From the NCBI GenBank assembly GCA_030295235.1, contig AP026176.1, positions 434,001 through 498,000 of the forward strand: 64,000 nt of DNA, in the 5' to 3' direction. This DNA is from Fistulifera solaris. Lineage: Eukaryota. Of this stretch, positions 12,615 to 24,166 are shown piece after piece. The notes under the pieces were generated by a model. It did not search any database, was not told the origin of the DNA, and was given only the letters and a program-made list of their open reading frames with translations. The translations under genes and the position numbers were made by a program. How positions within the stretch are numbered: the stretch's first letter is position 1; each line of letters opens with the position of its first letter.

Positions 12615-12702
12615 CGAAATAAGGCAGTGGTGTAAAATTATGACTACAAGTGTTACATCTACCACGGAGGCTTCCCCGTCTGTACTACACTCGGTTATTT
12701 CG
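12615..12702 (-). repeat. 3' LTR (88 bp, CGAAATAA..TTATTTCG)
   Basis: Base-for-base identical to 19340-19427; 8-bp terminal inverted repeat. Confidence 0.9.
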
Positions 12703-12710
12703 GTCCCCTC
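12703..12710 (-). promoter_or_regulatory. Polypurine tract GAGGGGAC
   Basis: Purine-rich octamer immediately upstream of the 3' LTR on the element strand. Confidence 0.7.
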
Positions 12711-13003
12711 ACGATGAGACCCGAGCTAGGGCTTCAACGTGTCCTTCATAACCGATAAACCCTTATTCCATGGAAAAACAACATAAAAACCATGACGATT
12801 CATTCATCGAATCCATCCTTCATCATGTGGAAAATACATCAAAACCACACATCGACTTGTCCGTGGAAAATACGTCAAAACCACGTATCAAACTTGAAAC
12901 TTCAATCACTGTACCTGGACGAAAAACTTATCCCCAGGAGGCTCATCCCATCGGAATAGTAAACATAACTACCCAACCAGTGCATCGGGACCTATCGCCT
13001 GCA

Positions 13004-16000
13004 TCACTGATGTAAAATACGCTTCACCAGTGGATCTCGTACATTCCCAGCTTGAATCTTCGTCAGAATATCTGCCAAATTCGTCTTCGTGGGCTCGTAG
13101 GATACATCAACGATACCCATCGCAACTCGCTCACGTGCATAGTGATATGCCACCGAATTGGACTTCTTCTTCAGAACTGATTCGGGAATACTCGAGTTCT
13201 TGATCACCGACATATTGTCACCTTTGACAACCGCAGGATCTTCTACCGGCACACCCATCATCTGTAGTTTGTACCGTAGACCTTCGATTAACTCGACCGC
13301 CGTTTTCATAGCACTAAACTCAGCACCAAATGTGGACGTCTCAATCGAAGTTTGCTTCTTGCTGTACCATACTGTCAATGACCTGTTCAAATAGATCAAG
13401 ACACCTGTACGGGAACGACGAGTAACATGGTCACCCGCCAAGTCAGCATCAACGAAACACGTTATTTGCACAGGCTTACCCAATGGCTTTGGACAATCCG
13501 TCGGAATCATAGGCTTAGCATCTCGGTAAAAGTCATTCCAATCAGGTCTAGGTTGTCTGGCGTGCTCGACATACGAAGGATCGAACACAATCTTAGACCT
13601 TTCATGTGACTTCAAATATGCAAAGACATGCACAACCGCAGCTAGATGGCCTTTCCTTGGCATTGCACTGTGAGACGCAAGCATCGAAACTTCACCACAA
13701 ATATCAACTCTTCCAAGCTCGACCATCCAGCGTAAAACCCCTATTTGCGAGTGATAAAACTGGATTTCGTCGCCGGCACTCCGGCGATATGTCAAGCTCC
13801 GGACGGTACTTCGGTGGTAAAACACTTGACACCTTCTTCGGGTAAAGCCTCATCTCGCTTTTCCAACCAAAGACAAATGTTTCGTATTGCTTCCTTCACA
13901 TATTCATTCGAACTCATCGACCAACAAGGCTTTTCGTCACCCGGGAATTGATGCTGACCAATCGTTGAACCCAAGTAGCGAGTTGGCTTGCCTATCGAAC
14001 CTTCTTTCAGAAGAAAGTGTTGATCAAGCTTGTATAGAATAGCTTCCGGCGCCACAGAAACACACAGGATGTCATCCGTATAGACCAATACCAACTCGTA
14101 GTAACTAGTCCCATCCGCTTTCTGTGCCGGCCGTATCCATACATCGTTATCCATTTCGACAAGGTGTAAAACTCAACGACTCATGCAAACACTCACTCAG
14201 ATATGACCTCCACGCAGCTCCAGAACTCTTCAGTCCGTAAAGAGCTTTCACGATTTTCTTCGACCTTTGAACTGTGGACCAAATTCGGCACCGCAAATAA
14301 TAAAGATTCGTTCTCGAACTGGTGCATTCAAGTACGCATTTCCAATATCTGCCGCCATAATGTCCAAATCGTTCAATGCCGCAAGTAGGAAGGCAATCCG
14401 CGACGCTTTCTCTCGATACAACACTAGCATAGGTAATCGAGCTCGGCGGATCCGTCATGTGTCCCCCCTGCTACGAAGCGGGCCTTCCGTGTGAAATCTG
14501 GTTTTATATCAAAAACCATGTGAACCCCAATCTTGGTAAAACCAGCAGGATCGGGAGCGTCTTCATCAAGGATCTGAAACGCCCTTAGCTACCGCGACGC
14601 ATCTCTTCTGTCGCCTTCGCCCAAAAGTCAGTTCCCGTAGCGATCAATCGCCAATGCTTCTTCGACTGTCTTTGGCAATGCGATCCCATATTTCTGAGTA
14701 ACACGAAAGTAGCGCTTAGCCATCGCTTTGATGATCCTGGTCCTTCTCTTGAGCGTGTAGGGAACCCACCATGAGAAAGCAGGCTCCTCAGCAATCTGTC
14801 TCGCAACAGCAAATTCCGCTAACTGTAAAGGGTGAGACTGCTTTAGGTCTTTCAGTTTCTCCCAAGTAGTAGTGCCATCATTCCATAGACAACACAGTTT
14901 CCATCCCTTGGTAGTCCGCTTAGGATACTTTCGGTTGTTGTGGATCACGAATGCCTCTTCATGCGGAACCGCTCGCACGACTCTTTCTTGTAGTCCACTA
15001 TTTCCTTTAGGACATAACTCGCACGCCCATGGTCATCAACTTCGGCATAGATGGCTTCAGCGATCTGATTCGCATGATAAGCCTCCACTTCACCCGTATC
15101 AAATTCAATCTCATACAGAGCGGTATCGAGCAAAGGGTTAGGATGGTACCGGCCAATAGGATTCCCGTCTTGATCGTGCTTCCGACCTTTAACCGTACCG
15201 TACGACATCGAGTCCCCTTGCGGAAGCATTACCCTTGCTGAGATATATTGATTGTATGAATCGTAATCAAACTCATCAGCTTCCTTAATCTCGGGAACTT
15301 CGGGATCTTGCGACTCGATCGGAACATAGTATTCCAACTCTGGGGTGCGCTCGTCTTCCGGTATCTCGGTTGGATCCAAGGGCATGGCTCGGTCCTTCAG
15401 CTTTTGCTCCAACGTCTGCGTGAACTTTGCCTTCAACTCAGCAACGGCTTGGCTATTCTGTTCCTCAACTGACAAAGGGAAAACACTTGTGCGGGAAATC
15501 GGTCGACCAAGCGGGTAGGATCCTAGCACATAGGACATCACCGACATCGAAACTGGGACCAACGTATCTTCCAAGATGCTTCCTTTCCATATTTTCGTCT
15601 TGAGAGATAAACCAAACCCAATCATACCAACCGAACTCACAAATGTGTGAAATATCAGCGGTGTCCCCTGTCAAAAGCGTCTGCGGCACTTCACCATCTA
15701 ACTGTCTTATGGAAAGACAAGAGTGGCTCCGAACATACGCGTGGTAGACCAAACATAGGTCCCATAGACAACGTGGGGAATTCGTGCGAATCATAGCACG
15801 CCTATACATCCTTTTCAATTCACGAATGCCGTCTTCAGCGAGGTTGGCGTTGGGCGTGTGCTTCGATCGGCCTAATGGTCGCTTGCACTCGTTGTCTTCG
15901 CTTAAACTCTCCTGCTGTCAACTCTCCGGCATTGTCTGGAATTAAAGTGTGAGGGACTCCGACGCGACGAAACAAGTTGTCAAGCGTGTAATGGGCATCG

Positions 16001-18452
16001 CTTTTCTTTTCAATCGGGTCCACACATATCCAGTGAAAGGGGGTGCAATACACAGCCGCATATTTGTTACCCAGCAGTGAGACACATGTACCGACCAGAA
16101 TGTCGCAGTACATCTCCGTATTAAGCCGAGGATAACGCAGCTGGTAAGCAAATGGTTTGAGACGGCGCGTTCCAGAGACTGTCGAGAAGTCCCGAATTGC
16201 CCGTTGGCGTCGTTTCGGCTGGAGCGTTCGCCCTAGCCGTCTCGATCCCTATACTCCATCGTTTTGCCAAATCTTCGGGTGTGACATATGCTTTCCGGTT
16301 CTTCGTTGAGATTGCAGCACTTGTAAGCGAAGCAGCATACGAATCAATGTCAAAAGCTGCTGAACCGCTCAGCTGAAATCACAGCAATCGAACGAGCTGG
16401 CGGGACAAACGTGCGCTCACTCGTAACCGAACCAAGCATCCTCTGCCCCCCTAAACGAAGCTCAGAGTCAAGGGAAACACGCAATGAGTCCTCATCATGC
16501 GCGTGGTTAGAATCCATAGGATCCCAGAACGACTTCGGAGGTGACGTTTACATGGATGCAGTCAACGTCCGAGCTCAGTTCTTTGTCGGTCGGTCGGCAA
16601 GTGGGAAAATATGAAATAGTCCCCATCAGTTTCAAAGGAATCTGGAGAGCTGGCTCAGAAAACAAAATAGAATGGCTCTCCGGGCGACGTTGTTCCGGAG
16701 GTAGGTGTAGGAGAGGAGTTTCATTCACAACGACTTGGTTGTGCCGGGGTTGAGCGGGGCTGATCAAGTGTCGGTGCATGTTTGAAAAGTAGAGTGACTG
16801 GTGAAAGAACAAAACGTGGGTTTGCAGCGTCGTGGGGCAATCGTATGCAACCGCAACTGTACCAATGGGAACTTTGGTCACTTTCCCAAGAGAACTAATG
16901 AATGGTTCCACCAAAACTGTTTCGCCGGTATCATACACGAGAACCGCGTCTTTACCGAACGAGCAAGTATCACAGTGCGAGTCCAATTCAGCTCTACCAG
17001 GAGTCTGTTGTCGCATTGCCGCCGCAACTCGCTGCACCGCCAGTCAAGGTCGCCGACTCATGCGGTTACCTGTCGACTCAACCACATCGTCACTATCGGA
17101 GTCAGCCGTCTCAACAGCTGAAGCATTTCGCGTCTCGGACTTAGCCCTTTCACGAGCATTGCGAACTTCTTCCTGTTTCTCTTTCGGTAACTTGATCCAC
17201 TCCTTCCATTTGTAGTACGGGACACCATCTTTGCCTCTCTTTGCTTTTGCCCTTTCCTTTACCAGATTTGCCGCTACCTTTCTTGTTGTTACCGCCGCCA
17301 GAATTTCTGGTAACCGAAGAAATGTTGCGAGTGGAACCACGGGTCTTTGCTGCATCTTGCTTCTTTCTATCAACCTGCTCAGCCAAGTAGTTCATCGCGT
17401 TTTCGAAGGTACTTTCCAACACAGCATCAGCCCGGACGCGCTCGACGCTCATCTTTAGTTCATCTGCCCAGATGTTGTCTAGAAAGATTCGCACCTTCCT
17501 ATCTTCAGTCATCACCTCACCCGCCTCTTCCAAGTCCAAGAAAGCCAAGTTAAGCTTCTGACAGTAGTCTTCAAAGGTAAAGTTACGCGCCTTTCCATCA
17601 TAGAAGACTGTCGAAAGGACTCGGTCAGCATGAGCAATGTTGCGCTTCTGATAAGAACGCCCCATATAGTGAGTCTTCAAGGCAAAATAAGCGGCGTCCA
17701 TCTTTGCTGTAAGCAAAAGGCTTAACCCAATTCCAAGCTGGTCCACCGTGTGAAACCTGACGAATAACGCTCCACAGCATCATATTGTCTTCTTCATACT
17801 GGTCTCCATCATGGCGAGTACGACGAACAAGTTCCGACATAGCATCAGGGACACCGAAACCTGGATCATCAACCCCTTCGATTCCATCGGGATCGACATG
17901 CTCCCGCACAAGTTACGACAAAGGCACACCATAAGCTCCAAGGTGATTGCCAAGTACCTCGTCGATGTCTTCAATTGTCTTCCGAGCGTTTTCCACCTTC
18001 AACAACACATCGATCTTAGGAAGATCTTTGTTGGTCTCACGCATCGCGAATGCGCTCACGCGAAAGTCCAAGCGCGTTCCAATCGAGCAAGAGTTGCAAA
18101 GCCAGGAACAAACTCGCGCTGCAAGCGGTGCAAGTGGAAAAGGAAGTAGCGAAGCTGACGAACACGGAGCTCAAGATTGACTCCGATCGCAATACCACGG
18201 TTCGGAATCATCGCGAGGTACCATTGGTGCAGCCTCCGCTCCAACCGCAGGAGGGACAAAGGCTGGGTTTGGAATCAAGCCCCCAGGGTTTCGAATCTTC
18301 GTAAAGATCTCCTGAACGTACTTATCACTCCGGTGCGTCAAGTCGTCAAACGCGGTAATGCCTTGGCCATTGATGGCCTGACGAGCTGCCGCATCCTCAA
18401 TAAAGAGGACATCACGGAGGTAGTTGTTGAATGCAGCAAGATTGGCTGCCAT
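13004..18452 (-). CDS. Gag-Pol polyprotein, fragmented by many indels
   Basis: Gag from MAANLAAF (FYDGKARNFTFEDY). Protease RAELDSHCDTCSFG. Integrase MYCD..LIPDNAGE..PRCLWD. RT MAADIGNAYLNA, KALYGLKSSGAAW, LVYTDDIL. RNase H CFVDADLAGDHVTRRSRTG, ETSTFGAEF, GDNMSV, NLADILTK. Confidence 0.9.
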
Positions 18453-19339
18453 CGTAAACAAGGAGAAAGGAGAGAAAAGTTCACAAATCGGAATGCGAGG
18501 GAGATAAAACGAAACGACGTTTTCTTTTTCTTTTTGTGTGCGAAACTGCATTGTTGCTAAAACGTTTGCACGAAATTCCGACCCCTCTACTCTCCCTTCG
18601 AGAGTGTTGTTTACTGTAGGGAACTCCAGTGTAAAGCGCCAAAAGTGCCCTTATGTACGTAAGGCCATTGTACACACTAGGCCCTACAGAACAATCGTCC
18701 ACACCCTCATTTAGCTCTGAATCCGTTCATAGTCAAAAAGACAGATCGGCCTAAACAGTATAGAACACGACCTCGGACAGGCCAAAATACACGCACAACA
18801 CGATTTCACTTGGCGCCAACTTCTCGCTGAAATCCGACGATGTTGTGCTTTGACCGCCTCTGGAGGAAAAACATCCCTCCACCATGAGGACTTCGCAACA
18901 ATCGGGTGAATAATTCACTCATTTATGTATTCTAGCATTAAAGGTGTATTAGCATGTATACGAGGCGTCCCCCATATTTTACCCGACAAGTGACATAATC
19001 ACTGTGGTCCGATGCATCCATCGACAGAGCCAGAACTGTCAATAAAGGAAAGCAACGGTGCTTCATAAGCGCTAATTACCTCACAAACCCAGCCATCTAA
19101 TCAAGACATATGATTAACATGATGACTCCATGGGGTCGACCTATACATAAGGTCATGATCTCACATTTTCATGTGGACAATTGTCGACTTCCGACAACGC
19201 CGAGATCATCTCCTTGACCACTCAAGCCCAACAGTTAGTAACACATACATAAGGAACATTACTCTTACGATATTACCATTGTTTTCCTGTGTATTTCATC
19301 GTTTCAGAGGGATTCATCGCGAAACCCCGGTTTTTAACC

Positions 19340-19427
19340 CGAAATAAGGCAGTGGTGTAAAATTATGACTACAAGTGTTACATCTACCACGGAGGCTTCC
19401 CCGTCTGTACTACACTCGGTTATTTCG
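19340..19427 (-). repeat. 5' LTR (88 bp)
   Basis: Identical to 12615-12702. Confidence 0.9.
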
Positions 19428-19820
19428 TTAGGTCTTACGCTTACTCCGTGTTCTGTATTCTGTATTCTGTATACGTACTTGTACCCCAAAAGTGGGTTTG
19501 CCGACTTTAATGACAAAATTATTCCTATAGCCACGAAAGGGCAGTTGCATTTCCTCGTTCGCCCTATCAACTTTATGCGCCATAATGTTCTTCGGATTCA
19601 TCGTTGTTCATACGAATCGAATTGTACTTCAGTCCCGAATCGGACGCCTCTAGAGAGTCCAGCGAGCATTTTATAGCCAAGAACCCCCGCAAACTCAACC
19701 AATTTCTATTTCTTGTGCCACACATCAAATGCATGTAAAAACAGAGCTAAGTCGTTTGCAACTAACATCATGAAACAGTGGCAATGTACATTATCGTTAT
19801 ATTTTATTCGAACAAGTGTT

Positions 19821-20264
19821 TCATATATCCAAATGTTTCAAATCGACATGACTTCGTTTCCGTGTCGGTAATGTCATTGCCGTATCAACGGATGGGCTTT
19901 TCCGTAAAGGCTTGGGAGAGTCTCGTAGGAGTAGTGTCTTGCTCGTAAGGCTCGGGTTGGAACTCCATCGTGATTCTCGCATGACAAAGATATCATTGTC
20001 GTCGTCTTCACTTTCCGAATCGGAAATATCGGAATCGCAATCGTCGGTTGTGCTGGTAAAATTAATCCAGCATCCGAGCGGACTAATGGAGGATGACATT
20101 TTGCGTTTGTTCGATGCACCGAGCAGTCTTCGGGCGCAATCAATGGCCTTGGTCGTTTCGTGCGTTGCACGCATTCGATGGCCACGTTTCTCCACATTGG
20201 AAGATGGAAACGACAATCGACTCAAGAACATGTTGGTTCGTTCATTCGTTGCTATGGCGTTCAT
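19821..20264 (-). CDS. Tandem family 1 member, type B
   Basis: MNAIATNERTNMFL..DCDSDISDSE..RESRWSSNPSLT..SVDTAMTLPTRK. Confidence 0.75.
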   Translation of the reverse strand: MNAIATNERTNMFLSRLSFPSSNVEKRGHRMRATHETTKAIDCARRLLGASNKRKMSSSISPLGCWINFTSTTDDCDSDISDSESEDDDNDIFVMRESRWSSNPSLTSKTLLLRDSPKPLRKSPSVDTAMTLPTRKRSHVDLKHLDI

Positions 20265-21656
20265 GGTTTTGGGCGGATGGCACATGTTCGCGATCGTTGT
20301 TTGTCTTTTTTTCTTTTTGTGTGTGCATTGCCACCGAAAGGCCAGCGGCTATCGAACGAGCGAGAACAACCGAACACTGGCCCCGAGGACTTTTGCAAAT
20401 CTCCGGTCACTGCGATACATAATACAAAGTGCAAACTGTTTTCAGAATCACAAGGGAACATTGAGGTATAGCCCGGAGAACACCCCTCATAATGTTCCTT
20501 CTCTTGGTAGTAGATCAATGACTGTAAATCGGAATCGAAGGTGTTTGGGACCAAACTTTCAATGTTGATCTAAAGAATTCTGTTGCCAAAGAACAAGGCC
20601 TTTGATGGAAAGAAGATCTAAATTTCCGATCCATAACATGAATCACAAATTTGCCTTAATGCCGAGAATAAGTTCCGGAAGTAGAACAATGGAAAATGGA
20701 AAATGGAAAGAGGTTTATGGTTAATGGTTTATGGTTCATGGATTTATGCCGAAGACCGAGATTGAATACGGCGATCGGAAGAACGAAGAACGTCTTATCA
20801 TTCACGTAGTACCGGAGTCATTTATCACAGATCCCAGATCCCAATCAATGGAAGCGTTTCGACGACCGAATACATAAGGAAGTGCAATACCGGATCCAGT
20901 CATTGCTACTCGGAGTATCACTTTTCTTCAACTTCACCCAAATGTACTGTAAGGGAAGCGACGGACCGCTGGACAGGCGAAATGCGGAAAGACGTACGTA
21001 CGTTACAGGTTACAGCGTTTTGCGCCGAAATTAAACCGCGAAAAACTTCCGTTTGTTTACCCCCAAGCCAACGGCCGCGTTCTACCAATCATCCAACCAA
21101 CTTACCAGTAAGCAGGATGGCACCAAGTTTGCTTGTTAAGCCTACCATATCATTCATTCCAAGCCATGCTGTGATCGAGATCTCTTTACGAGTCGTCGGA
21201 AGCTTCACGACGTCGACTACAACGAAGTGCAACGGAAGAATGAGGCTCGAATGAAAGTGAACGACAAGAGGACTTGATGCTTGGATTCTTTTCTTCAAAC
21301 ACACAAAGTATCGAAATCATCGATTCGGCTAAAAATGGAAGTGTTTTTTTAACTCATCTAGCGTCAAAAGCGACATGTGGAAAGCAACCGACAAAGCAGA
21401 AACGGAACGCTTATAGGTAATCTCGTTGGGTTGTCTCAGCTCTATATTGCGACAACAAAAAAAACGAAATTCAGCCGGAATAGCAGCAACAAAATTCCCT
21501 TCTTGGCTCTACGATATCAAAAATAGAGGAAAGGTTTTTTGAAGTCAATTAGCTGTTTTGAGCCATAGAGGATGGAATGGATCGTCACAGGAGAACGCGA
21601 ATCGTTTCACAGTTTTCGAAATTTCAAAAATGACCAGGAATGATCTTAAGACAGAA

Positions 21657-22101
21657 TTATCGGGTCAAGCTGGTCAAATCACTCGCGCTGCGTTGGCGTT
21701 TCGGTAACGTCGCCGCCAAATCCAATGAGGCGCTCACGGAAGATTTCCCAGATTTACGATGAAGACGCGGATTCGGGCTCCACCGCAACTCTCGAACACT
21801 GACCGCACCTTCATCTTCCGAGTCGGAAAGATCGGAATCATCGTCTTCACGGGAAATAGGCCATTGGGAACAGTCGATCCAGCAACCGAGAGGACTGAGG
21901 GATGTTGGCAATCGTCGTTTGTACGATGGTGATAAAATACGCATTCGGGTGCAGTCGGTGGCGTTCGTCCGTCGGTGAAAAGAGTGCGGATCGTCTCTCG
22001 AACCAATTCCATTAATTTCGGATGGTTGAAAGCGGTTTGGTGGAAACGACGATGTATCCAAAGCCACGTTGGCTTTTTTGTTTGGGTGCTTCTTCGTTCA
22101 T
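21657..22101 (-). CDS. Tandem family 1 member, type A; +1 indel in an A-run near 22075
   Basis: Removing one A from the homopolymer gives MNEEAPKQKANVALDTSSFPP, continuing into DSDLSDSE, RELRWSPNP and SASDLTSLTR. Confidence 0.7.
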
Positions 22102-23098
22102 GGTGCTTCACTTGCTCGAGAAGGGACTTTTGTTCAGCGCGTTGGTTTTATGCGAGTGGAAATTGACGAGAAAAGGGTTCTTTGTCCCTCCAACCGATGC
22201 GGCGAAGTACAAGTTGAATGGGTCTTCTGTATTCGTACTAATGTATTAAACTAAGGGACAGATGACAAATGACAAGTCATGAATAGGTGTTGCGCGCTGT
22301 CTTCGCTCTCCTCACTTCAATGATTGGGTTGCGTGGAGCTTTGATCTTTGTTCTTCGAGGCGCTCTGGTCTCGATTTCCTTTCCTACGAAGAATATAGAC
22401 ACAGAGTCCTAGCCCGTGTGTCTATAATGTCCAATCCCTTAATGAACTCTGCCTTGAAACGCAGCAATGCGAACAGTTGCTCAAAGAACGATAATCGATC
22501 ATCTGAAGCGGCTGTTAAAAGAAGTTTGAGATCGAACATGATGTATTGTGTCTCTAGCTTTAGATGAAAGAAAACGCAAACAACATGCCAACTGTCTCGA
22601 TATATGCCCTTCAACGTAGCATACGTGATTAGTTGTTGATAGTTGACAGCTTTACTCTTCAATCTCAATGACTGTTTTTAATAAAGCTATTTCGTCATAC
22701 CGGAAGTGGATTTGTTAAAGGTTTCGTTGAAATCCAACCTTATACGAAGTCACGAGTCACGAGAAAGACGTTTCTCTTTTCTAGTTGCCCATGCAACTTT
22801 AAAGTGCATCCTAATCTATGAAGCTTCCATAAGTTTCATATGAATCGGATTTATTGACTGCGATCCCGTACCAGGTATTTGACGTTGAATCATTATTACG
22901 TAGTATTTCTCTATGAGCCCTGCGTCCTCCCATCTCGACCGCGTGATGAGCTTTTGTAAAGCAAACGACTACATCCATTGATACCATATTAGTCTAATTC
23001 ACTTCCAACTTTTTATAACAAAATGCAATAGACTACTATCGACAGCTTATCACATAATGTACAGCACAGTTGTTATTTTGGTTAGTGTCGCTATTCGG

Positions 23099-23512
23099 TC
23101 AATCGAACGTCATATTTTTCAAATCGACATAATTTTGTTTCCGTGTCGGTAATGTCATTGCCGTGTCGACCGATGCACTCTTCTGGAGAGGCTTTTGCGA
23201 CTTGAAAGGTGATTGAGTTGTCAAGCTCGGATTGGAACTCCATCGTGATTCTCGCAAAGAGTACATTATTTCGTCTTCAACTTCCTCCGAGTCGGAAAGA
23301 TCGGATTCATCACAATCGTCCGATGGATGGGTAAATACAATCCAGAGAGGACGAAGGGAAGATGGCAACTGGCGTTTGTACGATGCTGCATTTTGAAGCG
23401 TTCGGGCACAATGAATGGCGGCGTGCTTGCGATGAATGTCAGTCGAGGGTCCAATCATGGAGATTCGATCCAAGAACATGTTGGTTCGCTCTTTGGGTGC
23501 TACTGCGTTCAT
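23099..23512 (-). CDS. Tandem family 1 member, type B
   Basis: MNAVAPKERTNMFLD..ESDLSDSEE..RESRWSSNPSLT..SVDTAMTLPTRK. Confidence 0.75.
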   Translation of the reverse strand: MNAVAPKERTNMFLDRISMIGPSTDIHRKHAAIHCARTLQNAASYKRQLPSSLRPLWIVFTHPSDDCDESDLSDSEEVEDEIMYSLRESRWSSNPSLTTQSPFKSQKPLQKSASVDTAMTLPTRKQNYVDLKNMTFD

Positions 23513-24166
23513 TCTGGAGTCAATCTTGAAAAATGAAGAGAGAGAATGCAGAATGGGATGATTCTGAATGGTTCGTTCTTGTTTTTGTGTGACGAATACT
23601 GGTGCAGCAAGGGATGAGCGAGAACAAAATCCAAACGCTTTGTTTGGCATGGTGACGTTGAATACGTTTTTGAGAATCCGAAAAGAACGTTATCGTATAA
23701 CCCCAGAAATCCCTCCAAAAATCTACTAACACTTTGTACTACATTGACACACTGACTGTGCGGAAGAACACCAAAGCCATTCTCCTCATTCTTCATTTGG
23801 AAGAAATAAGGCCTATTGCTTCGGAGCCAATAAATAATATCTTCGAGCACTTTTCCACTCCGTCGCCAACATAATGCCGAAAACATCTTCCGTTCGTATG
23901 GATTCAGAAAGTCAAATGCCGAAATCCAGGAAAGAACATGGAGAAAATAGAAAGATTTAAAGTTTCAGGGGCAATAGGCAATAGTAAGATACAGTCATTT
24001 GCTCTGCGGCCGGACGGACGTGCAGCGTTCGGGCGAAGGACATACGTTCAAGATTTGGCGCAAAACGAATGACTGCGCCACAACAACAACAAACAAACCA
24101 CAACAACAGGAACTTACTTTCCAATAGCAAAGCACACCTGCCTAACTCATTCCTTCAATCCCAGCC

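Larger units (their letters stand above)
12615..19427 (-). mobile_element. Full-length Ty1/copia LTR retrotransposon (CoDi-like), 6813 bp
   Basis: Identical 88-bp direct repeats at 12615-12702 and 19340-19427. TTAG flanks both ends (12611-12614, 19428-19431). Internal order is gag, protease, integrase, RT, RNase H (copia order), and a PPT abuts the 3' LTR. Confidence 0.95.

Noticed and set aside
12770..13015. Antisense 81-aa ORF with a repeated VENTSKP peptide
   Set aside because: Explained by the 36-bp DNA repeat in the element's 3' region; no independent coding evidence.
13004..18452. Programmed ribosomal frameshifting in gag-pol
   Set aside because: There are too many breaks, they fall inside conserved domains, and host genes show the same pattern.
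12615..19427. The two 88-bp repeats as independent MITEs forming a composite transposon
   Set aside because: Neither copy has its own TSD, only the whole element does, and the PPT abuts one copy exactly as expected for an LTR.
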